Origin: Defluviitaleaceae bacterium
GTDB taxonomy: Bacteria; Bacillota; Clostridia; Lachnospirales; WRAX01
Assembly (NCBI GenBank): GCA_009785555.1
Contig: WQWB01000001.1
Location: forward strand, 1-64,000
Reading direction: 5' to 3'
DNA length: 64,000 bases
Positions 48,176-58,216 of this stretch are shown here, piece by piece. Position numbers and translations under genes: made by a program. The number at the start of each line of letters is the position of its first letter. The first letter of the stretch is position 1. Below the pieces are notes generated by a model. That model ran no database searches. It was not told the DNA's origin and saw only the letters and a list, made by a program, of their open reading frames with translations.

Positions 48176-49579
48176 ATGACAAAAGCAAAAATAACAGCTT
48201 CCGAATTGTGGGAGCAAACCATCAATGAACTGGCGGAAACAGGTGAATTATCAGACATCGGATACAACGCTTGGTTATCAAACGTCACGCCGGTTAGTTT
48301 TGATGGAAATAATTTAGATTTACTTGCGGCTGATGAATATGTTAAGGAAACAATTGAAAACAGGTATTTAAAAAAAATAGATAAAATCACGGCCATTAAA
48401 CTTGGCCGAAAGATTATCATTAATATTGACCATCGCCGTACGGGTGCCGCAGATGTTACGGCAGATTCCGAATACGATGACGAAAACACCTCCACCCCAC
48501 CGGCAATTTCTCCACAACAGGCGCGTACAAAAAATTCTCATATAAACAACACTCTTATACGCAGATATACATTCGATACATTTGTAAAAGGCAAGCATAA
48601 TGAGCTGGCCTTCGGCGCATGCAGAGCTGTGGCAGAAAACCCGGGCGTTACTTCATACAACCCGTTATTTCTGTACGGCGGCGTCGGCCTCGGCAAAACG
48701 CATCTTATGCACGCCATCGGCAATTACGTTACCGAATTTGACAAAAACCTCAACGTCATCTACGTTACATCCGAAGATTTCGTAAACGACTTCGTAGCCG
48801 CCATCCGTGCCGACAGGCCTCAAAAATTCCGCGAAAAATACCGTGACGTAGACGTTCTAATGGTTGACGACGTGCAGTTCCTCGTCAACAAAATACTCTC
48901 ACAGGAAGAGTTTTTCAACACCTTTAACGCGCTTTTCCATACAAACAAGCAAATCGTTCTCTCAAGCGACAAGCCGCCATCCCACCTTACCACGCTTGAA
49001 GAACGCCTTACCTCACGATTCGGTTCCGGCTTGGTCGTAGATATCTCATTGCCGGATTACGAAACGCGCCTCGCGATACTTGAAAAAAAGGCGGAAAAAG
49101 AAAAAATACATATACCAAACGAAATATTGCGTCACCTTGCCGCAAATATAGATTCAAACATTCGTGTACTTGAAGGCGCGTACAACCAAATAATAGCCCG
49201 CGCAAAACTCACCAATACGGAGGTTAATATAAACCTAGCATATGAGGCTTTAAAGGATATATCAAACACGGCAGCAAAGACGGAGCTTAACATACCGCAT
49301 ATCCTTAAATTCATAGCGGATAAATACGTCTGTACGCCGGACGAATTGCGGTCTAAGAAACGCACGGCCAATCTATCCCATGCGCGGCAGGTTGCCATGT
49401 TTATTACCCGTAAAATACTTAATTGCCAACTTACATCTATCGGCAAGGAGCTTGGAGACAGAGACCACTCCACAGTTCTCCATGGTATAAACCGGATTAC
49501 AGAATTGCTTGAAACCGATAAAAAACTGCAGGCTGAGCTGGAGGTTTTGGAAGAGGAAATTAGGCATGCCGCAAAATAA
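48176..49579 (+). CDS. dnaA: chromosomal replication initiator DnaA
   Basis: AAA+ Walker A GGVGLGKTHL, C-terminal DnaA box-binding HTH. ATG at 48176 with a GGAGA RBS; the track ORF opens at TTG 48164. Confidence 0.95.
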   Translation: MTKAKITASELWEQTINELAETGELSDIGYNAWLSNVTPVSFDGNNLDLLAADEYVKETIENRYLKKIDKITAIKLGRKIIINIDHRRTGAADVTADSEYDDENTSTPPAISPQQARTKNSHINNTLIRRYTFDTFVKGKHNELAFGACRAVAENPGVTSYNPLFLYGGVGLGKTHLMHAIGNYVTEFDKNLNVIYVTSEDFVNDFVAAIRADRPQKFREKYRDVDVLMVDDVQFLVNKILSQEEFFNTFNALFHTNKQIVLSSDKPPSHLTTLEERLTSRFGSGLVVDISLPDYETRLAILEKKAEKEKIHIPNEILRHLAANIDSNIRVLEGAYNQIIARAKLTNTEVNINLAYEALKDISNTAAKTELNIPHILKFIADKYVCTPDELRSKKRTANLSHARQVAMFITRKILNCQLTSIGKELGDRDHSTVLHGINRITELLETDKKLQAELEVLEEEIRHAAK

Positions 49580-49682
49580 TATTTTATGAAAGTTGTTTTA
49601 TATATTTATAGTAAGAGTTGTACTAGGGTTTGTGGATATGTTTAAAATTTAATATATTATTGTAGTAATGGGATTATATGGT

Positions 49683-49803
49683 GTGGACAATTATAGGATA
49701 ACTTGTGAAAAGTAAGAAACTTATCCACATTATAGATGAAATATTGAAAAGGCTTATAATTATCAACATTTGATTAATGTTATCCACAATGTTTTGTTGA
49801 TAA
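49683..49803. other. oriC: oriC part 2: DnaA-box cluster between dnaA and dnaN, with an AT-rich candidate unwinding region at ~49580-49680
   Basis: TTGTCCACA (rc) at 49683, TTATCCACA at 49721 and 49780, TTATCAACA at 49761 and 49795 (rc). Confidence 0.6.
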
Positions 49804-49826
49804 GTATAAGGAGAAGGAGAATATAT

Positions 49827-50969
49827 ATGAAGCTTAGTTGTTCAAAGGATTTATTGGTGCATGGTATAGGTATCGTCGGTAAGGCTGTTACGGGGCGCAG
49901 TACGCAGCCGATACTGGAATGTATATTACTTGAAACAAACAGTGATGGTTTGGTTTTAACGGGTAACGATTTAGAACTTGGTATAGAAAGCCGCACGATC
50001 GCTGCCGACGTTGATGAAGGTGGCAAGGTTGCGCTTAATGCGCGTATATTTTCCGATATCGTAAGGAAGATGCCAGGAGACAAAGTTGAGATAGAATGCA
50101 TGGGTAATTTCGTTACGATGTTGCGTGGGGGAGGTGCGGAGTTCCGTATACTTGGAAGCGATGGCGATGAATTCCCCGGCTTACCGGAAATGGATGGCGG
50201 TGACGTAAACGACAGGTTTGAGATAACTGCCGCCGAAATATCTGGCATGATAAAGCAGGTTCTTTTTTCTGTCTCTACAGACGAATCCAAACCAGCTCTA
50301 ACTGGCGTACTGTTTGAGTCGAAGGAAGGTAAGTTGAGGCTTGTATCGCTTGACACGCTTAGGGTTAGCGTAAGGGAGGCCGATATCGACAATAAGGAAC
50401 TAAGTGTTTACGCAATTATCCCTGGAAAGGTGCTTGGAGAGATTACCAAAGTGCTTGGCACAAGCGATAAAAACATAGTAACGATTCAATTTATGAAGAA
50501 TCTAGTATTGTTTGAGACGGATGAAGCGCGTATCATATCTAGGCTTATTGACGGTAAATTTATAGACTATGAACGGCTTTTTGCGACGGAGGCTACTACA
50601 TACCTAACCCTTCATTCCAAGTTTTTGGAAGATGGGCTTGAACGCGCATCCCTCATATCGCGAGAAGCGCGGAAAAACCCGGTCAGGCTTACTGCTGAGG
50701 AAAGAGACGGCGCGTTCGCCCTGACCGTTGAATCAAAAGCTGAGACGGGTACGTTTATAGAAGAAATCGGCCAAGAGGCTGCATTGTCGCTTGATGGGCA
50801 AGGTATAAAGATTAGCTTTAACCCTAAGTTTCTACTTGATGTACTAAAGGTTGTGAATGACGGTTCAATCTGCCTAAAATTTACGACGCCGATTAGCCCG
50901 TGTATTATTACCGGTACGGAAGATGAAAGCTATAGGTACGTGATTATGCCGCTTAGGGAGTATATGTAG
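49827..50969 (+). CDS. dnaN: DNA polymerase III beta sliding clamp
   Basis: Three-domain beta clamp, AAGGAGAAGGAGA RBS, 380 aa from ATG 49827. Confidence 0.9.
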   Translation: MKLSCSKDLLVHGIGIVGKAVTGRSTQPILECILLETNSDGLVLTGNDLELGIESRTIAADVDEGGKVALNARIFSDIVRKMPGDKVEIECMGNFVTMLRGGGAEFRILGSDGDEFPGLPEMDGGDVNDRFEITAAEISGMIKQVLFSVSTDESKPALTGVLFESKEGKLRLVSLDTLRVSVREADIDNKELSVYAIIPGKVLGEITKVLGTSDKNIVTIQFMKNLVLFETDEARIISRLIDGKFIDYERLFATEATTYLTLHSKFLEDGLERASLISREARKNPVRLTAEERDGAFALTVESKAETGTFIEEIGQEAALSLDGQGIKISFNPKFLLDVLKVVNDGSICLKFTTPISPCIITGTEDESYRYVIMPLREYM

Positions 50970-51022
50970 AAAAGTTGGACCATGTTAGGTAATTAAAAGG
51001 ATTACTACTAGTCTCAATAAAA

Positions 51023-53068
51023 TCATATAATATGTCTAACAGGTAAAGCCAATAACATGCCTTCGTAAGGTTTTATAGTAAGCGGCAGAAAGCCGCCAGA
51101 AGCTTGGGCCCGGTGGGTTAGGTCATTGCAGCTATATATGCAACAAGAAAAAAGTATATCAAAATCCGAATTGTCAACATTTACCAACCAAACCGGAATT
51201 TTAATATCAACCTCCCTATCTGTGTTATTTACAGCAACAACCATAATATTGTTTCCAAGCGTCCGTGCGTAGCATAGGACGCCGTTTTCTTTTATCAAAT
51301 AGATCAATGAGCCATACCTGACCGCATCGAGTATCTGCGGAAGATTACGCACGGCTATTATCGATTTGTGGAAATGGATTAATTCAACGTCCTCGTTACC
51401 CCAAGGGTAAGGACGGCGGTTGTCCGGATCCGTCCAGCCTGTCATGCCTGCCTCGTCTCCGTAATAGATGCACGGCGCGCCCGGCCACGTCATTTGGATA
51501 AGTACAGCTAGTTTAAAGATATTTTTATCAATATTAATGTCAGCTTCAAAACGCCCATGAGTGTGAAGGCGGCCTATATGTTTATTTGTGCGGGTTAAAA
51601 ATCTGGAGTGGTCATGGTTTGAAAGTTGGTTCATGGCGGATAGAACCGAAGCGTGCGGCATTCTTGCCATGTGGTGCGACATGGCGGTTTCGAATGCCTC
51701 TACGTTGTTTAATAGGTTAGGCTGATAATTTTCACTGTGTTTCTGCATACCCGTCAAAAACCACGTCACAGGCTCCATAAACGCGTCATAGTTCATAACG
51801 GTATCCCACCCTTTGCCGGATAGCCACGGCTCTGGATCGCCGTAATGCTCCGCAATTATAATAGCATTTGGGTTTGCGGATTTTACCGCATCCCTAAACA
51901 TTTGCCAAAACCTAATATTGTAATCTAAAGAAAACCCAAGATCAGCTGCCACGTCCAACCGCCACCCATCGGCATTGTATGGTGGCGATACCCATTTTTT
52001 TGCCATATTTAGTATATATTCCAACAACTCCGGCGAGTTTTCGAAATTAAGTTTTGGGTGGTTCTTATGCCCCCACCAACTATCGTAGCTGTCGTTGTTA
52101 GGCCACGTGCCGCCGCTCCAATTAAAGTAACTATGGTACGGGCTGCTTTTGCATAAAAATGCGCCAGGCGCATCGATGCTTTCATAAAACCCTTCCGTAT
52201 CCATCCATTTATTAAACGCGCCGCAGTGATTAAATACGCCATCTAAAATAACACGTATATCCAAACGGTGTGCTTCATTTACAAGTTCGGTAAAAAGCGC
52301 GTCGCTTGCATCAAGGTTTTCTTTATCCGTAACACGTTTTATATATTTTGTAGCGTGTTTGTTATCCCATTTTTCGAAATACAGGCGGTCACCACCGTCG
52401 TTCTTTATTACGCCAAGGTGAGGGTCTACATGGTTATAATCTTGTATATCGTATTTATGTGATGAAGGAGAGACGAAAATTGGGTTAAGGTAGATGACCT
52501 CAACGCCGAGATTTTTTAGATAAGGTAATTTAAGGATGATGCCGCGCAGGTCGCCGCCGTAGAAGTTGGCGATATCCACAGCCTCTACGGGGTCTTGCCA
52601 ATCCTTTTTCTTGGCGGCCTTGCCTAAATAGGCGTATTCGTTGTCAATTATATCATTTGCCGTGTCTCCGTTATAAAACCTATCCACGAAGATTTGGTAC
52701 ATAACCGCGCCTTTTAACCAATTTGGTACGTCAAAACACGGGATTAGCTTAAAGTCATATTGGGGTAAATGACTGTTTTTAAGCCCGATTTGGTTATAGA
52801 AATGCTTTGTTTTTTCGGTTTGGATTATGAAATGATAATTATATGGCTTATCTGTTTCCGGTAGGTCAGCTTCATAAAAATCAAAAAAGCCCTCGGTGCG
52901 GATATATTCCATTTTTTTGCGTAATGGTGGTATACAAAGAAAAGCCGCTACATCTACTTTGTTAGATTTATATAAACGCAAACGGATTTTGTTATTTGAA
53001 AGATAGTCCGCCGTTTGGTCAGAGTGTATAGCTGCTGTGAAGTTGGCGGCAAGTGACATATTTATCAT
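51023..53068 (-). CDS. GH13 alpha-amylase family hydrolase (cyclomaltodextrinase/neopullulanase-like) with an N-terminal domain
   Basis: GH13 regions GDLRGI, DGWRLDVA, EHYG, NHD, 681 aa. Confidence 0.85.
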   Translation of the reverse strand: MINMSLAANFTAAIHSDQTADYLSNNKIRLRLYKSNKVDVAAFLCIPPLRKKMEYIRTEGFFDFYEADLPETDKPYNYHFIIQTEKTKHFYNQIGLKNSHLPQYDFKLIPCFDVPNWLKGAVMYQIFVDRFYNGDTANDIIDNEYAYLGKAAKKKDWQDPVEAVDIANFYGGDLRGIILKLPYLKNLGVEVIYLNPIFVSPSSHKYDIQDYNHVDPHLGVIKNDGGDRLYFEKWDNKHATKYIKRVTDKENLDASDALFTELVNEAHRLDIRVILDGVFNHCGAFNKWMDTEGFYESIDAPGAFLCKSSPYHSYFNWSGGTWPNNDSYDSWWGHKNHPKLNFENSPELLEYILNMAKKWVSPPYNADGWRLDVAADLGFSLDYNIRFWQMFRDAVKSANPNAIIIAEHYGDPEPWLSGKGWDTVMNYDAFMEPVTWFLTGMQKHSENYQPNLLNNVEAFETAMSHHMARMPHASVLSAMNQLSNHDHSRFLTRTNKHIGRLHTHGRFEADINIDKNIFKLAVLIQMTWPGAPCIYYGDEAGMTGWTDPDNRRPYPWGNEDVELIHFHKSIIAVRNLPQILDAVRYGSLIYLIKENGVLCYARTLGNNIMVVAVNNTDREVDIKIPVWLVNVDNSDFDILFSCCIYSCNDLTHRAQASGGFLPLTIKPYEGMLLALPVRHII

Positions 53069-53082
53069 GGATTTTTAACCTA

Positions 53083-53170
53083 GAGATTACGGGTCAACGT
53101 AGAGTTAATTCGCGAGATTCCGGATATAGCCCGGAACGCGAATTAACTCTACGTAGCCAGCAATGACGGT
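53083..53170. repeat. CCGCAAT/GTCATTG-type hairpin element with a 17-bp perfect stem
   Basis: GATTACGGGTCAACGTAGAGTTAATTCGCG...CGCGAATTAACTCTACGTAGCCAGCAATGAC. Confidence 0.5.
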
Positions 53171-53228
53171 GCGAGCCGTGTAGTGTTTTACTTCAACTTT
53201 AATTTCGGTAAACTATATATTATATATC

Positions 53229-55700
53229 TTAAATCTCAACCTTTTTTAAATCCCAAATCTCCGTAATATACTCCATAATCGTCCTATCGCTTGAAAATTT
53301 GCCGGCGGCGGCGATATTGGCGGCGCAGGAGCGTAGCCATGCTTGTTTGTCCTTATATTTATCCGCAATGGCGTCCTGTGCGTTTGCGTAATCCTCAAAG
53401 TCCTTGAGCACGTAATACTCGTCAGGCCTGTTTGAGCCGTAACCGTTTAAGAGTGCGTCGTACAGGTCGCGGAAAAGGTCGTGGTTATCACTTAATTGGC
53501 CGTTTATAAGCATCGTCATCACACTGCGCACATTTGGGTTAAGGTTTGCTATATCCCACGGGTCATATCCGCCACGCATATTAAATTCATGCACTTCGTG
53601 CGCCTTAAGGCCGAAGATAAACATATGTTCTTCGCCGACTTCTTCAAGCATCTCAACGTTTGCCCCGTCAAGTGTGCCTATTGTAAGCGCGCCGTTGAGC
53701 ATAAATTTCATATTGCCCGTACCGCTTGCCTCCTTGCCGGCCGTTGATATTTGTTCGCTGACGTCGGCGGCGGGGATGAGGCGCTCGGCGAGTGAAACGC
53801 GGTAGTTCTCAAGGAAAAGAACCTTTATGCGCCCGTCTATCACAGGGTCTTTATTAACAAGGTTAGCCACATTGTTTATAAGCTTTATAATCTGCTTGGC
53901 CCGCGTATAGTTCGCCGCCGCCTTTGCGCTGAAAAAGAATGTACGCGGCGCGACATCAAGCCAAGGTTGGGTTTTGATACGGTTGTAAAGAGCCAGTACA
54001 TGCAAAATATTAAGCAACTGGCGCTTGTACTCATGCAAACGTTTTATCTGCATATCAAAGATAGAGTGTTCGTCTATTACAATACCTGTCTTATTGCGGA
54101 TATAAGCGGTTAAATCTGCTTTATTCGCTTGTTTTACCCGTCCAAGTTCCGTTAGAAACCCGCTGTCATCCATAAACCCTCTTAAATCGCGGAGGCGGGA
54201 GAGGTCTTTAATCCAACCATCGCCGATTGCGCCGGTAATGAGGCTTGCAAGGCGTGGGTTGCATAGGGCAAGCCAGCGGCGTTGCGTAATGCCGTTGGTT
54301 TTATTGTTGAATCTTTCTGGATAGATATCGTAGAAATCGCGCAGCTCTTGTTTCTTAAGTATCTCCGAATGTATCGCCGCCACGCCATTGACAGAGTGCG
54401 ATCCGACGATGGCGAGGTGCGCCATCTTGACGTACCCGTCGGCGATTATGGCCATGCGGCGTACGACGTCCGCGTCATGGCCGAAGCGGTTGATGAGGTT
54501 TACGCAAAAGCGGCGGTTTATCTCCTCAATAATCATATAGATGCGAGGCAAAACGCGGGAGAATAGCTCAACCGGCCATTTTTCAAGAGCTTCCGATAGA
54601 ATTGTGTGGTTCGTGTAGGCGCAGGTGGCTTTGGTGATTTCCCACGCGTCATCCCATTCTAAGTCATTCACATCAACCAAGATACGCATAAGTTCGGCGA
54701 CTGCGACGGCAGGGTGCGTATCGTTAAGCTGGAATTGCACCTTGGATGCAAAATTTTTAAAAATACTTAAGTTATTACTAAGGTTTCCGCCGTTCAATTC
54801 CTTATGGCGCTCAATTACTCGTTGCAATGTTGCCGATATAAAGAAATACTGTTGGCGTAACCTAAGTTCTTTACCGCTAACGTTATCATCGGCTGGGTAA
54901 AGTACGTCACACAGGCTTTCGGCAAGGTTTTTCTCTGCCTGTGCCTGGGAGATATTGCCTTTATTAAAAGAAGCGAGGTCGAACTTGTTGATGGCTTCCG
55001 CTTCCCAAAGGCGGAGGGTATTGATGACATCGCTGCCGTAACCGACGACGGGGTAATCATACGGTATGGCTGTAACGGATGTACCGCCGCGCTGCTCAAA
55101 TCGGTATTTGCCGTCGCTGCCCTTGACGGCAACGGGGGTTGCACCGAAAGTAACGGTAACGGCATATTCCGTCCGTTTAACTCCCCAAAGGTCGCCTTTT
55201 CTGAGCCAGTTGTCTGGCCGTTCAATCTGGTAGCCGTTTTCTATGCCCTGTTCGAAGATGCCGTAACGGTAGCGTATGCCCGCACCGTATGCGGGATATC
55301 CAAGGGTTGATAGGGAATCCAAGAAGCATGCGGCAAGCCGCCCAAGGCCGCCGTTACCGAGGCCGGGGTCTTCCTCCGCATCCTCAATTAGGTTATAGTC
55401 CACATTAAGCTCCGCAAGTACCTCGCGCAGATCATTAGCCAAGCATAGGTTTACCACGTTATTGCCTAGGAAACGGCCTGTCAAAAACTCCATGGACAGG
55501 TAATAAACGACCTTTACATCGTTCTTGAAGTAATGGTCGTGGGTTTTTATCCAATAATCGGTAATGACGTCTCGCACGGTGAAGGCAAGTGCCTCGTATA
55601 TTTGGTCTGGCGTGGCGGAATTTATGGTTTTGCGGGAAAGAATCTTTACGTTTTCTATGATTTTTTCTTTTAGTTTTGATTTGTCTATTAATAGTTTCAT
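53229..55700 (-). CDS. glgP: alpha-glucan (glycogen/maltodextrin) phosphorylase
   Basis: 823 aa, PLP-binding EASGTGNMKFMLNGALTIGTLDGANVE. Confidence 0.9.
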   Translation of the reverse strand: MKLLIDKSKLKEKIIENVKILSRKTINSATPDQIYEALAFTVRDVITDYWIKTHDHYFKNDVKVVYYLSMEFLTGRFLGNNVVNLCLANDLREVLAELNVDYNLIEDAEEDPGLGNGGLGRLAACFLDSLSTLGYPAYGAGIRYRYGIFEQGIENGYQIERPDNWLRKGDLWGVKRTEYAVTVTFGATPVAVKGSDGKYRFEQRGGTSVTAIPYDYPVVGYGSDVINTLRLWEAEAINKFDLASFNKGNISQAQAEKNLAESLCDVLYPADDNVSGKELRLRQQYFFISATLQRVIERHKELNGGNLSNNLSIFKNFASKVQFQLNDTHPAVAVAELMRILVDVNDLEWDDAWEITKATCAYTNHTILSEALEKWPVELFSRVLPRIYMIIEEINRRFCVNLINRFGHDADVVRRMAIIADGYVKMAHLAIVGSHSVNGVAAIHSEILKKQELRDFYDIYPERFNNKTNGITQRRWLALCNPRLASLITGAIGDGWIKDLSRLRDLRGFMDDSGFLTELGRVKQANKADLTAYIRNKTGIVIDEHSIFDMQIKRLHEYKRQLLNILHVLALYNRIKTQPWLDVAPRTFFFSAKAAANYTRAKQIIKLINNVANLVNKDPVIDGRIKVLFLENYRVSLAERLIPAADVSEQISTAGKEASGTGNMKFMLNGALTIGTLDGANVEMLEEVGEEHMFIFGLKAHEVHEFNMRGGYDPWDIANLNPNVRSVMTMLINGQLSDNHDLFRDLYDALLNGYGSNRPDEYYVLKDFEDYANAQDAIADKYKDKQAWLRSCAANIAAAGKFSSDRTIMEYITEIWDLKKVEI

Positions 55701-55703
55701 AAA

Positions 55704-56609
55704 TTACTCCATATTTATACTTAGTGAAAGCTGGTGTATGCCATTTGATAAACGTTTTTTTGCGATTTCTGCGTAATTTTCGTCTATTTCAATTCCAATG
55801 TAATGCCTATTTAAATTTTTTGCGGCTAAACATGTTGTACCTGAACCGGCAAAAGGATCGATAATAATCGCACCCTCTTGTGTAACAAGTGATACAAGAC
55901 GCTCCATTAATTTTAGCGGTTTCTGTGTTTCATGTAATCCATGGTCTTCTTTATCGTAGCAAACAGAAAATATGTTTGTGTTGGCTATGCTTTCATTCCA
56001 AGCACCAACATTATGTTCAATAACATTGTCTGCAAGCGTTCCACCTGTTTTATAAGGTTTTTGAAACCATAAAATAGGTTCAAATAGTGGACGTAAATTT
56101 GCAACACGCCAACCTTCCCAATCCTCAGCTCTTGTGTTATCGCCACGTCTTTTATATATTTCTGAAATACGTTGAGCGCGGTGCGGGGCTGTTGTTTTTT
56201 CCCAAGCTAACATATCTTTAAATGTAAAACCTGCATCTTCAAGAGCTACTATACATCTATGAGCAAAACGACGACCAGCAAAAATAAAACATGAAGCACC
56301 TGGTTTTAATATTCTAAGCCAGTCAAATGCCCATGATGAACACCATTCTTGGTATTCAAAGGGTATCTTTTTATCCGCATCGCTCCATCCGTTTAAAGGT
56401 TTGCCACGGCGTTTAAATAATGTTCCGCCGTTAATTTGTGCCGTTGATGCACCGCCTAAGGCAGAGTTAGTGTTATTATGTAATATATCCCATTCATTAT
56501 AAGATATTCCATAAGGAATGTCAGAAATAATGGCATGAGCATATTCGTTGGGCAATTTTTTCATTAATTCTATAGAATCGCCGCAAATAATGTTATCTAA
56601 ATTAATCAC
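55704..56609 (-). CDS. beta-class DNA methyltransferase (N6-adenine or N4-cytosine), partner of the adjacent endonuclease
   Basis: Motif IV SDIPYG precedes motif I IIDPFAGSGTT. GTG start at 56609 with an AGGAGG RBS. Low GC. Confidence 0.8.
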   Translation of the reverse strand: MINLDNIICGDSIELMKKLPNEYAHAIISDIPYGISYNEWDILHNNTNSALGGASTAQINGGTLFKRRGKPLNGWSDADKKIPFEYQEWCSSWAFDWLRILKPGASCFIFAGRRFAHRCIVALEDAGFTFKDMLAWEKTTAPHRAQRISEIYKRRGDNTRAEDWEGWRVANLRPLFEPILWFQKPYKTGGTLADNVIEHNVGAWNESIANTNIFSVCYDKEDHGLHETQKPLKLMERLVSLVTQEGAIIIDPFAGSGTTCLAAKNLNRHYIGIEIDENYAEIAKKRLSNGIHQLSLSINME

Positions 56610-57474
56610 GGCAAATCCTCCTACTAACATAAGAATTAATTTGCCGGATTTTTTCATCTATTTTTTTATTTTTTATTAATTCGTCAATTGCTTGATCACG
56701 TGAATATGATAAAATTATTTTACGTTCATTTTCCCAATATGTCTTTTCCTTTTCGCTTCTGCTTGTTATATTTTGTGAATATGAAGTTAGTGCTTTTTCA
56801 AATTCATCGTATGTATATCCGATAAGAAAAGAAAAACATCGATCAAATATAGGAATAAAACATATTTTTCTTTGTGCAGCTGTTATTATGTGGGAATGAG
56901 TTTCACTAAAATTCCATATACGAGATAAATTAATTTTTCCATTTTCGGTTATATTATTTTTTAGTAAAAAAATCAAATGCTCCCAACTCAACAAACAAAC
57001 ATTATTATCAATAGACTGTGCAAAAATTTGACTTTGTTTAATTGGATAATGAAAATAAGGAGCGCAAAGAACTGCATAATCACTATCTTTACGCCATCCG
57101 GATAAAGCTGTAACTTTGAAATCTTTTTGGTTTTTAGCGGTTCTGCTCATACGAAATGATTTGGCATCTGCTACAAGAGTGTATCCATGTATATTTGATT
57201 TTGCAATTACGTCAGCCGAATCAGCACGTTTTGAAACAATAGTTGAGTTTAAGCCTAATTCACGAAAAGCGCGTGATAATATCGCATCAAATGATTTTGC
57301 AAATAATTTTTCTTCTGTGGAATCATGGGCAATGCTTTCCGGTATTGTGCCGATTTGTGAGATTATATCCAAAAAATTATTTGTATCTGATATAAAAAGG
57401 TTCAGCCTTTCAAAAGCACTATTAAAACCGTATTTTGCGTATTCATTAATTAAATGCACAAATTCATTAAACAT
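56602..57474 (-). CDS. type II restriction endonuclease, HindIII-like PD-(D/E)xK
   Basis: D..(15)..DAK catalytic spacing (SADVIAK...TLVADAKSF), low GC, 8-nt overlap with the methyltransferase gene. Confidence 0.55.
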   Translation of the reverse strand: MFNEFVHLINEYAKYGFNSAFERLNLFISDTNNFLDIISQIGTIPESIAHDSTEEKLFAKSFDAILSRAFRELGLNSTIVSKRADSADVIAKSNIHGYTLVADAKSFRMSRTAKNQKDFKVTALSGWRKDSDYAVLCAPYFHYPIKQSQIFAQSIDNNVCLLSWEHLIFLLKNNITENGKINLSRIWNFSETHSHIITAAQRKICFIPIFDRCFSFLIGYTYDEFEKALTSYSQNITSRSEKEKTYWENERKIILSYSRDQAIDELIKNKKIDEKIRQINSYVSRRICRD

Positions 57475-57492
57475 ATTTTGCCCTCGTAAATT

Positions 57493-58212
57493 TTAAGTAT
57501 ACATTTTTTGTAACGTTCTAACCTCTGTTTTTGACAAATGCCGCCATTTGCCCGACTCCAAGTCGCCAAGGTACAGAGTGCCTGTGGCTATGCGTTTTAG
57601 GGTTATTACAGGTAGGCCAAGTGCTTCTAACATTTTGCGTACTTGGCGGTTTCGCCCTTCGTGTATCGTTATCTTTATGGATGTCGATCCAGGTTGCTGC
57701 TTTATTATAAAGGCCTTGGCTGGTGCGGTTACTTTGCCGTCAATCTCGATGCCTGTGCGGAGCTTGCCGATGGCCTCCTCGTCCGCCGTGCCTTTTACAC
57801 GTGCGATGTAGACCTTTTCAACCTCATATTTTGGGTGTGTGAGTTTGTAGGTCAAATCGCCATCGTTCGTCATCAGAAGGAGGCCGGACGTGTCAAAGTC
57901 CAAACGGCCGACGGGGTTTAGGCGGTGCGGGATGTCGGCGACGAGTGCGGCTACGTCCGGCCGGCCAAATTGGTCTTTTGCGCTAGTTATATAGCCTTTT
58001 GGTTTATGGAGCATGATGTAGATCTTTTCGGAAGCGCTGGGGGAGGTAAGCCTTTCGCCGTTGACGGTTACGCTATCTTTCATAGGGTCGACAACGGAAC
58101 CCATTTCGCGGATAGTTGCGCCGTTGACTTTTACGCGCCCAGCCGAAATGAGCTCCTCCGCCTTACGGCGTGATGCTACGCCGCATTCCGCGATAAATTT
58201 TTGTAAACGCAT
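57493..58212 (-). CDS. rluB: rRNA pseudouridine synthase RluB/RsuA family (S4 domain + catalytic domain)
   Basis: MRLQKFIAECGVASRRKAEELI S4 N-terminus, catalytic Asp motif GRLDFDTSGLLL. Confidence 0.85.
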   Translation of the reverse strand: MRLQKFIAECGVASRRKAEELISAGRVKVNGATIREMGSVVDPMKDSVTVNGERLTSPSASEKIYIMLHKPKGYITSAKDQFGRPDVAALVADIPHRLNPVGRLDFDTSGLLLMTNDGDLTYKLTHPKYEVEKVYIARVKGTADEEAIGKLRTGIEIDGKVTAPAKAFIIKQQPGSTSIKITIHEGRNRQVRKMLEALGLPVITLKRIATGTLYLGDLESGKWRHLSKTEVRTLQKMYT

Positions 58213-58216
58213 CCGC

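Noticed and set aside
55704-56657. Longer methyltransferase ORF starting MKKSGKL at 56657
   Set aside because: An AGGAGG RBS sits inside it, 6 nt before the GTG at 56609. The typical MTase N-terminus (INLDNIICGDSIE) begins there, and the upstream part is the endonuclease 3' end.
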